Assembly (NCBI GenBank): GCA_002428225.1
Contig: DIUD01000038.1
Span: 1 to 61,637 of the forward strand
Source of the DNA: Roseovarius sp. UBA6167
GTDB taxonomy: Bacteria > Pseudomonadota > Alphaproteobacteria > Rhodobacterales > Rhodobacteraceae
Direction of reading: 5' to 3'
Length of the DNA: 61,637 nucleotides
Numbering within the stretch: the stretch's first letter is position 1; each line of letters begins with the position of its first letter. Both the position numbers and the translations under genes were made by a program. This document shows positions 21,044 to 30,647 of this stretch, one piece after another. The notes beneath the pieces were generated by a model. The model searched no databases. It saw nothing but the letters and a program-made list of their open reading frames with translations, and had not been told where the DNA came from.

Positions 21044-22237
21044 TCAGGCCAATGCCCGCGCAACGCGCTCGGCCAGACGCGCCGCCACCTGCGTCTTGCC
21101 CATGCGCGGCCAGCTTTCCGCGCCCTCGGCGGTGATGAGCGTCACGGCATTCTCCGCCCCGCCCATGATCCCGGTCCCGGCGCTCACGTCATTTGCCACG
21201 ATCCAGTCGCAGCCCTTGCGCGCGCGCTTGGCGGTGGCGTTGTCGAGCACGTCACAGGTCTCGGCGGCGAAACCCACCACGAGGCGCGGGCGGCCCGTCT
21301 GCAACCGGCTCAACGTCGCCAGAATGTCGGGGTTCTCGGCAAACTCGAGGCTCGGCAGTCCGTCCCTGGTCTTCTTCAGCTTGCGGGCGCTTGCGCGCGC
21401 CACGCGCCAGTCGGCCACGGCGGCGGCAAGGATCGCGGCATCCGCGGGCAGGGCCGCGAGCACGGCGTCGTGCATCTCGAGCGCGGTCTCGACGCGGATC
21501 ACCTCGACGCCCTCGGGCGGGGGCACCGAGGCGGGGCCGGTGACAAACACCACCCCTGCCCCGAGCGCGGCGAGTGCGCGCGCAATCGCCGTGCCCTGCG
21601 CCCCAGAGGAGCGGTTGGCGATATAGCGCACCGGGTCGATCGGCTCATGCGTCGGCCCGGAGGTAACAAGGATGCGCCGGCCCGTGAGAGGGCCGTCCTC
21701 GAGCCGCGCGGAGATGGCGGCGAGGATCTCGGGCACCTCGGCCATCCGGCCGGGGCCATGCTCGCCGCAGGCCATGCCGCCCTCGTTGGGGCCGACAAAT
21801 CCGATGCCGTCGGCGCGCAGCATGGCCAGGTTGCGCTGTGTCGCGGGATGCTGCCACATGCGCACGTTCATCGCCGGCGCGAGCAGCACGGGTGTGTCCG
21901 TGGCCAGAAGCAGCGTCGAGGCCAGATCGCCTGCAAGGCCATGGGCCATCCGGGCCATGAGATCGGCGGTGGCAGGGGCCACGACGATGAGATCGGCAGA
22001 GCGCGACAACTCTATATGGCCCATCTCGGCCTCGTCGGTCAGGTCGAACAGATCGGAAAACACCTTGCGCCCGGCCAGCGCCGAGACCGAAAGCGGTGTC
22101 ACGAATTGCGCGCCGGCACGGGTGAGCACGGGCGTGACCGCATGGCCGCGCTCGCGCAACCGGCGGATCAGGTCGAGCGCCTTGTAGGCCGCGATGCCGC
22201 CGCCGATGATCAGAAGGATGCGTGACGCGCCGGGCAT
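21044..22237 (-). CDS. coaBC: Phosphopantothenoylcysteine decarboxylase/ligase
   Basis: GGIAAYKA, APAMNVRMW, DPVRYIANRSSG, VGFAAET. Confidence 0.96.
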   Translation of the reverse strand: MPGASRILLIIGGGIAAYKALDLIRRLRERGHAVTPVLTRAGAQFVTPLSVSALAGRKVFSDLFDLTDEAEMGHIELSRSADLIVVAPATADLMARMAHGLAGDLASTLLLATDTPVLLAPAMNVRMWQHPATQRNLAMLRADGIGFVGPNEGGMACGEHGPGRMAEVPEILAAISARLEDGPLTGRRILVTSGPTHEPIDPVRYIANRSSGAQGTAIARALAALGAGVVFVTGPASVPPPEGVEVIRVETALEMHDAVLAALPADAAILAAAVADWRVARASARKLKKTRDGLPSLEFAENPDILATLSRLQTGRPRLVVGFAAETCDVLDNATAKRARKGCDWIVANDVSAGTGIMGGAENAVTLITAEGAESWPRMGKTQVAARLAERVARALA

Positions 22238-22339
22238 GGCTCTCTCCAACAGATGCGCGCAGAGACTAGGGCGCGCGCCAGACCGGTGCAAGGGCCGCGC
22301 GCAGGCCAGCCCCCGCACCCCATGCGCGGATCGGGGCGC

Positions 22340-23119
22340 TCAGAACGTCGCGTTGAACGCCCCGCCATCGAGCAGGATGTTCTGGCCGATGATGAACCCG
22401 GCTTGCTGGCTGCACAAAAAGGCGCAAGCGGCACCGAACTCCTCGGGCGTGCCATAGCGGCCTGCCGGAATGGTCGCCGCGCGGCGCGCGCGCGCCTCCT
22501 CCAGGGCAATGCCCTCGCGCGCGGCGACGCCCTGATCGAGCGACACCGCGCGGTCGGTGGCGTGGATGCCGGGCAGCAGGTTGTTCATCACCACGCCCCG
22601 CCCCGCCACCTGCCGCGCGGTGCCCGCCACATAGCCGGTAAGCCCGGCGCGCGCCGCGTTCGAGAGACCTAGGATCGGAATGGGCGACTTTACCGATTGC
22701 GAGGTGATGTTGACCACCCGGCCCCAGCCGCGCGCCATCATCCCCGGCACCAGCGCCTTGATAAGCGCGATCGGGGCAAGCATGTTGGCGTCGAGCGCGG
22801 CGATGAAATCCTCGCGCTCCCAGTCCGTCCACATCCCCGGCGGCGGGCCGCCCGCGTTGTTGACGAGGATATCGACATCGCCCGCCGCCTCGAGCAGCGC
22901 CGCGCGCCCCGCCTCGGTCGAGACATCGGCGGCGACGGTCACCACCTCGACCCCGAACCCGGCGCGGATCACCGCGGCCGACGCCTCAAGCGCCTCGGCC
23001 CCGCGCGCATTCATCACCAGATCGGCACCCGCCTCTGCAAGCGCGCGCGCGCAGCCCAGACCAAGGCCCTTGGAGGACGCACAGACCAGCGCCCTTTTGC
23101 CACGAATTCCAAGATCCAT
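22340..23119 (-). CDS. SDR family oxidoreductase
   Basis: ASSKGLG, VNNAGGPPPG, NILLDGG. Confidence 0.92.
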   Translation of the reverse strand: MDLGIRGKRALVCASSKGLGLGCARALAEAGADLVMNARGAEALEASAAVIRAGFGVEVVTVAADVSTEAGRAALLEAAGDVDILVNNAGGPPPGMWTDWEREDFIAALDANMLAPIALIKALVPGMMARGWGRVVNITSQSVKSPIPILGLSNAARAGLTGYVAGTARQVAGRGVVMNNLLPGIHATDRAVSLDQGVAAREGIALEEARARRAATIPAGRYGTPEEFGAACAFLCSQQAGFIIGQNILLDGGAFNATF

Positions 23120-23227
23120 CGCGTGTTCCTCCTGTTTCCAAGCCAGAGTTAACACCCCAACGCGCAGAATGGCCAGAGCCCTCCAGAGCCGGGCGCCGCC
23201 CGCCGGGGCGCGGGGCCGGGGCGCGCG

Positions 23228-23767
23228 CTATCCCAGCGCCCTGGCCAGACGCGGCAGGCGGGCCTTTTTCAGAAGCGGGCGCATCTGCCAGTCGCGCGCC
23301 GAGAGGGCGCGCGCCGTCTTTAGCACCTGCGCCGCCACGGCCGCGACCATCGCCGGCTGCGCCCGCCATATTCCGTGCACGAACGCATCCGGGTCGGCGC
23401 GCCACAGCCCCTCCTCGGCCAGGATGTTGCGCGGGAAATCGCGCGCGTTCAGCGTCAGGATCCCGTCCGCGTGGCCCGCGACGGCGGCCGCCAGCACATG
23501 AATATCCCCGGGGTCGGGCAGGTAAAGCCGTGCCTCCAGACCGGCCGGCACGCTCGTGCAGCCACGCGGCCAGCGCGCCGCCATGCGCGCGGCCTCGGCT
23601 TCGGCCTGCGCGCGCCCCTCGGGGCCGTGCCGCGCCGCCGTGTGCTGCCATTCCGCCAGCAGGCGCGCCGACCAGAGCGGAGCAAAGGCACCGTGGGCCG
23701 CCACCCCCAGCAGCATCTCGCGCATCACCGTGGGATAGAGCACGCAGGCGTCGAGCACGACTTTCAT
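23228..23767 (-). CDS. PIN domain protein (RSP_2648-like)
   Basis: VVLDACVLYP, LPDPGDIHVLAAA, TLNARDFP. Confidence 0.88.
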   Translation of the reverse strand: MKVVLDACVLYPTVMREMLLGVAAHGAFAPLWSARLLAEWQHTAARHGPEGRAQAEAEAARMAARWPRGCTSVPAGLEARLYLPDPGDIHVLAAAVAGHADGILTLNARDFPRNILAEEGLWRADPDAFVHGIWRAQPAMVAAVAAQVLKTARALSARDWQMRPLLKKARLPRLARALG

Positions 23768-24963
23768 AACCGGAAGAACAGCGCCTTGAGATAGCCCGAT
23801 TCGGCCAGTTGCGGATGCAGCGGATGATCCGGCCCGGCAAAGCCCGTGTGGATGAGCGCGCCCCCCGCGCGCCCCGCGCGCCCGATGCCGCGCGTGCAGG
23901 CGGTGCGGAACCGGCCCAGGTCGGCGGCGTGCGAGCAGGAGCACAGGCCGAGATAGCCGCCCTCGGCCACCAGCCCGGCGGCCAGCCGCGCCACCCGCTC
24001 ATAGGCGCGCAACCCCTTTTCCAGCGCCGGTTTCGACGGCGCAAAGGCAGGCGGGTCGCAGATCACCACGTCGAATCGCGCGCCCTCGGCGACCAGCGCC
24101 TCCATCCCCTCGAACGCATCGCCCCGGCGGGGAACGAGGCGCCCGGCCATCCCCATGCGCGCCGCGCCCTCCATGCCCAGATCGAGCGCCGCTTGCGAGC
24201 CGTCCACGGCAAGCGCGCTTGCCGCGCCACCGGCAAGGCAGGCCAGCGAGAACCCGCCCACATGGCTGAACACGTCGAGCACCCGCGCGCCGCGCGCCAG
24301 CCGCGCGGCAAAGGCATGGTTGGGGCGTTGATCGTAATAGAGCCCGGTTTTCTGCCCGCCCGTCAGATCGGCCATGTAGATGGCCCCGTTCATCGCCACC
24401 GGCACCGGGGCATCCGGGGCGCGGCCCGCCAGAACGGCGCTTGCGTCGTCCAGCCCCTCGAGCGCGCGGGCGCGCCCCGCGGCGTTCTTGAGCACGGTTG
24501 TCACGCCCGTCACCTCCTGCACCACGGCGGCAAGATCGAACAGAACGCCCTCGGCCCAGGCCGCATTGGGCTGGATCACCGCCACCTCGCCAAACCGGTC
24601 GATCACCACGCCCGGCAGGCCATCGGCCTCGGCATGGATAAGCCGGTAGAAAGGCGCATCGAAAAGCCGTGTGCGCATCTCCCGGGCGCGGATGAGGCGG
24701 GCGCGCAGCCAGTCCCGGTCGATCCGCGCGCCCGGATCGCGGTCGAGCATCCGCGCCATGATCTTCGAGGCCGGGTTGACCGCGACCACGCCGAGCGCCG
24801 CGCGCGCCCCGTCCTCCAGCACCGCGATCGTGCCGGGGGCAAGCGCGCGCGTGCGCCGGTCGGTCACAAGCTCGTTGTCGAATACCCACGGGCTGCCATG
24901 GCGGATGGCGCGGCCATCGGTCCTGGGCAGGAGGCGGATCACGGGATAGGGGGGCGGTGTCAT
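23764..24963 (-). CDS. RlmI-like class I SAM RNA methyltransferase (RSP_2647-like)
   Basis: N-terminal PUA-like region, EADGLPG, GQKTGLYYDQR, DPPAF, CSCS. Confidence 0.9.
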   Translation of the reverse strand: MTPPPYPVIRLLPRTDGRAIRHGSPWVFDNELVTDRRTRALAPGTIAVLEDGARAALGVVAVNPASKIMARMLDRDPGARIDRDWLRARLIRAREMRTRLFDAPFYRLIHAEADGLPGVVIDRFGEVAVIQPNAAWAEGVLFDLAAVVQEVTGVTTVLKNAAGRARALEGLDDASAVLAGRAPDAPVPVAMNGAIYMADLTGGQKTGLYYDQRPNHAFAARLARGARVLDVFSHVGGFSLACLAGGAASALAVDGSQAALDLGMEGAARMGMAGRLVPRRGDAFEGMEALVAEGARFDVVICDPPAFAPSKPALEKGLRAYERVARLAAGLVAEGGYLGLCSCSHAADLGRFRTACTRGIGRAGRAGGALIHTGFAGPDHPLHPQLAESGYLKALFFRL

Positions 24964-25078
24964 GGCGGTCCCTTTAGGCTGTTTGAACGGTCTGGAAAAG
25001 CGCCGAATCGGTCGGGCGCGCCCGGACCGCGACACCCGCGCCCCGCCTGTCCCTTGCGCGCGGCGCGGATCGTGGCCT

Positions 25079-25366
25079 TCAAGCGTCGCGCGGACGCGGG
25101 CGCGGGCGCGACCGCCAGCCGCCCCGGCGGCGCGGGCGCGCGGCCTGCGCCAGCCCCTCGCGCAGCACGGCCGTCATCGGGTGGTCGGGATGACCGGGCG
25201 CGTGGCGCGCGACGAGCACCGCAAGCGCGGCGCGCATATCCTCGCCCTCGGGAACCGACAGCGCCCAGTCGAGAAAGATCGACCGACATTCACCCGGCCC
25301 GACCCCCTCGATCCGATAGGCCTCGGCGATCAGCCCCTTTGCATCATACGGCGCGCCCCGTGTCAT
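25079..25366 (-). CDS. Conserved hypothetical protein downstream of glnE
   Basis: DAKGLIAEAYRIEG...CRSIFLDWAL...HPMTAVL; operonic with glnE. Confidence 0.8.
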   Translation of the reverse strand: MTRGAPYDAKGLIAEAYRIEGVGPGECRSIFLDWALSVPEGEDMRAALAVLVARHAPGHPDHPMTAVLREGLAQAARPRRRGGWRSRPRPRPRDA

Positions 25367-25369
25367 GGC

Positions 25370-28156
25370 CTAGCCCGCCTCCTGCCCGAGCGCCCGGTCG
25401 ATCGCCCCGGCGGCGGCGCGGCACAACTCGCCCAGTCGCCGCTCCAGCGCCTCGATGCTCTCCTCGCCGGTCTCGCGCAGCAGCAGGCCCGCGCCCGCCT
25501 CACCGATCCGGTCGGGCGCAAGCACACCCCCGCCCAGCAGCCGCGCGACCATGTGCACCTGCCAGCAAAGCGCATGGGCCGCCCGCAGGTCCACGCCATC
25601 AGCCGCATCCATCCAGCCACAAGCGACCGCGCCCGCGATCCCCGCCGCCACATCGCGCGCGCCCTGCCCCGCCAGCAGATTGCCCGCCTGCGCAACGAGC
25701 TCGATCTCCATCAGCCGCCCCGGCCCGAACTTCACGTCCCACGGCCCCGCTTGCGGCTTGGCCTCGGCCACGCGGGCGCGCATATCGGTCACGGCCGCGA
25801 TCACCTCGGCGCGCGAATGCCCGTCCGGGAGAAGAGCCTTGCGGAACGCCTCGACATCGCGGGCAAGGCTCTCTTCGCCGCAGATCACCCGCGCGCGCGT
25901 CAGCGCGAGATGCTCCCACAGCCAGGCCTCCTCCTTCTGATAGTTCTGGAACGCGGGCCAGCTTGTCGCCACCGGCCCCTGATTGCCCGAGGGGCGCAGG
26001 CGCATGTCCACCTCGTAAAGCCGCCCCTCGGCCATCGGCGCGGTCAATGCGGTAATCATCGCCTGCGTGAGCCGCGCGTAATAGGGCCGGGGCGCGAGCG
26101 GGCGGCGCCCGCCCGAGGCTTCGGAGCCTTGCGCGTCGTAGATCACGATCAGGTCGAGATCGGAGCCGGCATTGAGCCGCTCCGCCCCGAGAGAGCCCAT
26201 GCCGAGCACCACCGCGCCGCGCCCCGGCGGGACCCCGTGCTTTTCGGCAAACTGCGCGATCACCACGGGCCAGAGCGCGCCGATGACCGCGCCCGCAAGA
26301 TCGGCATATTGCGCCGCCGCCGTCCCGGCATCGATGAGGCCGCGCAGGTGGTGCACGCCCACGCGGAAATGCCATTCCTTGTGCCAGCGCCGCGCCTGGT
26401 CGAGCGCGTGCTCGTAATCGGTCTCGGCCTGCATGACCCCGGCGAGTTCTGCCTCCAGCGCCGCCCGCCCCGGCCATGGCGCAAAGAAATCGCCCGCGAT
26501 CACCGCATCGAGCACGGCGGCATTGCGCGACAGATAGGCGCCCAGCGCAGGCGCGGTGCCGACTATGTCAACAAGCAGGTCAATCAGCTGCGGATTGGCG
26601 TCGAACAGCGAAAACACCTGCACCCCCGCAGGCAGCCCGCGCAGGAACCCGTCGAACGCCAGCAGCGCCTCGGCCGGATTGGCCGCACGGGCCAGCCGCG
26701 CAAGGATCTCGGGGCGCAGGCGGGCAAAGATCTGTTGCGCGCGCTCCGAGCGCAGCGCCGGATAGCCGCGCCATCGCTCGATCACCTCTTCGTCGAACGC
26801 GGCCTCGGGGGCGGGCGGCACCGTTCCGCCGGAAGATTCCTGCCGGAAGAAATCCTCGATCAACGCATCGACCGCCAGGAGCCGCTCGGTGATCTCGGCG
26901 CGCAACTCCGCCGTCTCGCGGCCCGTGAAGGCGGCGAGGCGGTCGAACTCGGCGGGGGTGCCGGGCAGGAGATGGGTCTGCGCGTCGCGCAGCATCTGCA
27001 CGCGGTGCTCGATCTCGCGGTGAAAGCGGTAATGCGAGGTCAGCGCCTCTGCGGCGTCCTGCGGCACCCAGCCCTTTTCGGCCAGCCGCGCCAGCCCCTC
27101 GACCGTGCCGCGCACCCGCAGATCGGGGTCGCGCCCGCCCGCGATGAGCTGCCGTGTCTGGGTGAAGAACTCGATCTCGCGGATACCGCCGCGCCCGAGT
27201 TTCATGTTATGCCCCTCAAGCGTGAGCGCGCCACCCAGACCCTTGTGCTCGCGGATCGCCAGCCGCATGTTGTGGGCGTCGTCGATGGCGGCAAAATCGA
27301 GATGCCGCCGCCAGACAAAGGGCCGCAGCGTGTCGATGAACCGCGCGCCCGCCGCGATGTCGCCCGCGCAGGGCCGCGCCTTGATCCACGCCGCGCGCTC
27401 CCATGTGCGCCCGAGGCTCTCGTAATAGGTCTCGGCGGCGGCCATGGCCATGCAGACGGGCGTCACGCCCGGATCGGGGCGCAGCCGCAGATCGGTGCGG
27501 AACACATAGCCCTCGGCGGTGCGGTCGTTGAGCATGGCCGCCATCCTGCGCGTGGCCCGCACGAGGCTGGCGCGCGCCTCGTGATACTCGTCGCGCCTGA
27601 ACCGCCCCTCGTCGAAAAGGCAGATCAGGTCGATGTCAGAGCTGTAATTGAGCTCATGCGCGCCCATCTTGCCCATGGCGAACACCACCATGCCCGCGCC
27701 GGTGGCCAGGTCGTCCTCGGTCATGCCGGGCAGCTTGCCGCGCCGGATCTCGGCCCCGAGCGCCGCGCGCAAGGCAAGATCGCAGGCCAGGTCGGCGAAA
27801 TCGGTGAGATGGCCGGTGACCTCTTCCAGCGACCAGGCGCCGCCCAGATCGGCAAGCGCGATCAGCAGCGCCACGCGCCGCTTGGCCATGCGCAACGCGC
27901 TTGGCAGCTTGTCGGGGGCGGTGGCGCGCAGGCTGTCTAAAAGCGCGGCAAGCGCCGCCTCGGGGGCCTCGGCGGCCTCGGTGAGCCATGCCCCCTCCTG
28001 CGCCACCAGCGACCTGAGAAACGGGCTGCACCCCGCCGCCCCCGCCACCAGATCGGCGAGCGGGGGGGCAAGGCCCGGCACATGGGCAAGCGCCTCCTGC
28101 CCCTCGGACGGCTCGAAGGGGCGCGGCAGGCGGGTCAGACGATCGGCAAGGCTCAT
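25370..28156 (-). CDS. glnE: Glutamine synthetase adenylyltransferase
   Basis: Two nucleotidyltransferase domains: MGKMGAHELNYSSDIDL and MGSLGAERLNAGSDLDL; DLRLRP and DMRLRP. Confidence 0.95.
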   Translation of the reverse strand: MSLADRLTRLPRPFEPSEGQEALAHVPGLAPPLADLVAGAAGCSPFLRSLVAQEGAWLTEAAEAPEAALAALLDSLRATAPDKLPSALRMAKRRVALLIALADLGGAWSLEEVTGHLTDFADLACDLALRAALGAEIRRGKLPGMTEDDLATGAGMVVFAMGKMGAHELNYSSDIDLICLFDEGRFRRDEYHEARASLVRATRRMAAMLNDRTAEGYVFRTDLRLRPDPGVTPVCMAMAAAETYYESLGRTWERAAWIKARPCAGDIAAGARFIDTLRPFVWRRHLDFAAIDDAHNMRLAIREHKGLGGALTLEGHNMKLGRGGIREIEFFTQTRQLIAGGRDPDLRVRGTVEGLARLAEKGWVPQDAAEALTSHYRFHREIEHRVQMLRDAQTHLLPGTPAEFDRLAAFTGRETAELRAEITERLLAVDALIEDFFRQESSGGTVPPAPEAAFDEEVIERWRGYPALRSERAQQIFARLRPEILARLARAANPAEALLAFDGFLRGLPAGVQVFSLFDANPQLIDLLVDIVGTAPALGAYLSRNAAVLDAVIAGDFFAPWPGRAALEAELAGVMQAETDYEHALDQARRWHKEWHFRVGVHHLRGLIDAGTAAAQYADLAGAVIGALWPVVIAQFAEKHGVPPGRGAVVLGMGSLGAERLNAGSDLDLIVIYDAQGSEASGGRRPLAPRPYYARLTQAMITALTAPMAEGRLYEVDMRLRPSGNQGPVATSWPAFQNYQKEEAWLWEHLALTRARVICGEESLARDVEAFRKALLPDGHSRAEVIAAVTDMRARVAEAKPQAGPWDVKFGPGRLMEIELVAQAGNLLAGQGARDVAAGIAGAVACGWMDAADGVDLRAAHALCWQVHMVARLLGGGVLAPDRIGEAGAGLLLRETGEESIEALERRLGELCRAAAGAIDRALGQEAG

Positions 28157-28392
28157 GGGGCCGAGTTGATAGCGGTGCCATGGCTCTGGTCAATGCGCAA
28201 TCGCAATGAAACACCTTGGAAAACCGCGCCATGACCATGAGCAGGCGCCTCGGGCAGGCGGAACTTTCAACCGCTTCAGCGCTCTCTCGGCATCCGCAAG
28301 GTTGCGCTACCCTCGGGCTGAAGGTTGCGCTACCTTCGCGGCAGTTTCAGGAACGATCCGGGCTGACAGACCCGCAACCCCAGGAGAAGCCC

Positions 28393-28581
28393 ATGGGCAT
28401 CAACACCGAACGCGACATCGAGGCCAATCTTCAGATCGGGCCGACGGATCAGGGCATGGTGCGCCTGTTCATCGAGGCGCAGGGCATCGAGATCCCGATG
28501 GATTTCGACCCCGAAGAGGCCGAGGAGATCGCCGAGGAACTCCGCGCGGCCGCCGCTGCGGCACGGCGCAAGGGGCCATAG
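28393..28581 (+). CDS. Small conserved protein (DUF6324-like)
   Basis: MGINTERDIEANLQIGPT...IPMDFDPEEAEEIAEEL; AGGAG RBS. Confidence 0.8.
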   Translation: MGINTERDIEANLQIGPTDQGMVRLFIEAQGIEIPMDFDPEEAEEIAEELRAAAAAARRKGP

Positions 28582-28695
28582 GCCGCGCTTGCCCGACCGC
28601 TGCACCCGACGCGCCGCGAGGCACTGACCGGGCAGCGGAGGGCAAAGGAACCCGTGCCCTGGCAAAATCATCAGCACGGCACGAACACACGCCCC

Positions 28696-28724
28696 TTGTC
28701 TCGGGGCCGCAAAACGCCTAACTC
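28696..28724 (+). promoter_or_regulatory. Putative 6S RNA promoter TTGTCT-N17-TAACTC
   Basis: Correct spacing, ends 6 nt before the 6S RNA 5' end. Confidence 0.55.
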
Positions 28725-28730
28725 TTGGCA

Positions 28731-28892
28731 GTGGCGGGTGCTGCCCTTCTCGATAGCGGTTGCATTCCGGTGGCCTTAAGCAATTCCGAGGGAACTGGCT
28801 CTGTCCGGATCCTGGTCCGGTTACCCGGTGCCCACCTGTATATACAGGTCCTCGGGAATGAGAACACCGAACGGCTGCGGCGGGCCCGTCAC
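28731..28892 (+). ncRNA. ssrS: 6S RNA
   Basis: Alphaproteobacterial 6S motifs GGGAACTG...GGTGCCCACCTG...CAGGT; termini pair (GTGGCGGG / CCCGTCAC); ~160-nt rod. Confidence 0.85.
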
Positions 28893-29000
28893 GCAATCCC
28901 CCGTCACGCGATCTTCAGTCCGTTAACCGCAATCCGTGAATCCGCTTGGCGAGACGAGGCGCGGCATGACATACATTGCCATCTGTAATCGGGTGATCTC

Positions 29001-30071
29001 ATGTTGTTTCTTGCCAGTTTGCTTGCTCTTGCCACCGTTTCGGCCACCGCCCTGGCGGGGATGGGAGAGATGCTCGGCGACGACGGCCCGGAAGAGGACG
29101 AGCGCATCACACCCGAGCAAGACGACGAGGCGCCGGTCGGCCCGTCCTTGCTCGACACCGCGTTTGCCGTGACGGGCGAGGATCCCGACACCTCTGATGA
29201 CCTGTCCGCTGCTGACATGCCGGCTGCTGACAAGTCCGCGACAACCGGCTGGCAGATCGTCGAGAGCGACGCCGCAGGCGACTCGATCACCGGCAGCGAT
29301 GCGCCGGAAATGATCCTCGGGCGCGACGGCGACGACACGATCGAGGCCGGCGGGGCCGACGATGAGGCGCGCGGCGGCGCGGGCGATGACGTGCTCCGGG
29401 GCGGCGCGGGCGCGGATACGCTGCACGGCGACGATGGCGACGACATGCTGGAGGGCGGGCCGGGCGATGACCGGCTGTTCGGGCACAATGGCGATGACAC
29501 GATCCTTGGCGGCGCCGGCGATGACAGCCTCGTGGGCAGCGCGGGCAACGACACGCTCCAGGGTGGCGAGGGCGATGATGCGCTGCATGGTGCGCTCGAC
29601 GATGACTGGCTGCATGGCGGGATGGGGGCGGATACGCTCTTTGGCGGTCACGGCAACGATACGGTGATCGGTATTGTGGACGATCCCGCGACCGCACGGA
29701 TCGACGATATCGACGACGGGCGCGATTTCCTCAACGGCGGCGGCGGCGATGACGTGATCCTTGCCGGGCGCGGCGATGTCGTCACCACCGGCAGCGGCGC
29801 GGATACGGTCCTGCTTGGTGACTGGCTGACGGCGGATCACCAGGCGGAGATTCTCGATTTCTCAGCCGACGATGACATGCTGATGGTGTTCTATGACGAG
29901 ACCGGGCCAGAGCCGGAAATTACCCTCGAACCTGATACCGAAAACCCCGCCGATCAGCGCCTGCTGCTCGACGGGCTCGAGATCGCGCGCATCGCGGACG
30001 CGGCGGGGGTGACGCTGGCGCATGTCACGCTGGTGCCGCAATCGGAACTGGCGGGCATCGCGCGGCTCTGA
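29001..30071 (+). CDS. RTX-type calcium-binding protein
   Basis: Many GGxGxD nonapeptide repeats; acidic; hydrophobic N-terminus. Confidence 0.9.
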   Translation: MLFLASLLALATVSATALAGMGEMLGDDGPEEDERITPEQDDEAPVGPSLLDTAFAVTGEDPDTSDDLSAADMPAADKSATTGWQIVESDAAGDSITGSDAPEMILGRDGDDTIEAGGADDEARGGAGDDVLRGGAGADTLHGDDGDDMLEGGPGDDRLFGHNGDDTILGGAGDDSLVGSAGNDTLQGGEGDDALHGALDDDWLHGGMGADTLFGGHGNDTVIGIVDDPATARIDDIDDGRDFLNGGGGDDVILAGRGDVVTTGSGADTVLLGDWLTADHQAEILDFSADDDMLMVFYDETGPEPEITLEPDTENPADQRLLLDGLEIARIADAAGVTLAHVTLVPQSELAGIARL

Positions 30072-30129
30072 GCGCGGATTTCCGCTTTCAATTCCGGCGA
30101 AATTCCCCTACTAGCGCGTATCCTTCGGG

Positions 30130-30209
30130 ACATGCGCCCGTTGCGACCCGGACCTTGCTGGACGACGTCCCGGCTTGCGCCCGTCACATTCTGTCAAAAG
30201 GAGACCCCG
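30130..30209 (+). promoter_or_regulatory. Alphaproteobacterial S15 autoregulatory leader
   Basis: GCTGGACGACGTCCCGGC core at 30157-30174 in the rpsO 5' UTR. Confidence 0.6.
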
Positions 30210-30479
30210 ATGTCGATCACTGTCGAAGAAAAGGCCCGCGTCATCAAGGAATTCGCAACCAGGGAGGGCGACACCGGTTCCCCCGAGGTTCAGGTTGCGA
30301 TTCTCACCTCGCGGATCACCACCCTGACCGAGCATTTCAAGACCCACAAGAAGGACAACCACGGTCGCCGTGGCCTTCTGATGATGGTCGCGCAGCGCCG
30401 CAAGCTGCTCGATTACCTCAAGCGCAAGGAAGAGGCGCGCTATACCGACCTCATCAAGCGCCTCGGCATCCGCCGCTGA
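30210..30479 (+). CDS. rpsO: 30S ribosomal protein S15
   Basis: [25 protein letters not shown]. Confidence 0.98.
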   Translation: MSITVEEKARVIKEFATREGDTGSPEVQVAILTSRITTLTEHFKTHKKDNHGRRGLLMMVAQRRKLLDYLKRKEEARYTDLIKRLGIRR

Positions 30480-30485
30480 AACCGC

Positions 30486-30514
30486 AAACCGCGCCCCGAA
30501 CCGGGCGCGGTTTT
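30486..30514 (+). terminator. Intrinsic terminator after rpsO
   Basis: AAACCGCGCCC-loop-GGGCGCGGTTTT. Confidence 0.75.
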
Positions 30515-30647
30515 CGCATGATCCGATTGCAGCCCGGTCCGGCCTTGCCGGGAAGCAGGATGAAGACACAAGGGCCGCGGGGCAATGGGGCCCCGGATGA
30601 AACGGGTCCAACGGGATACGCCCGCCCGGACCAAGCTAGGAAACGTG

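Noticed and set aside
29290-29820. DNA-level repeats in the RTX gene
   Set aside because: Explained by GGxGxD calcium-binding protein repeats
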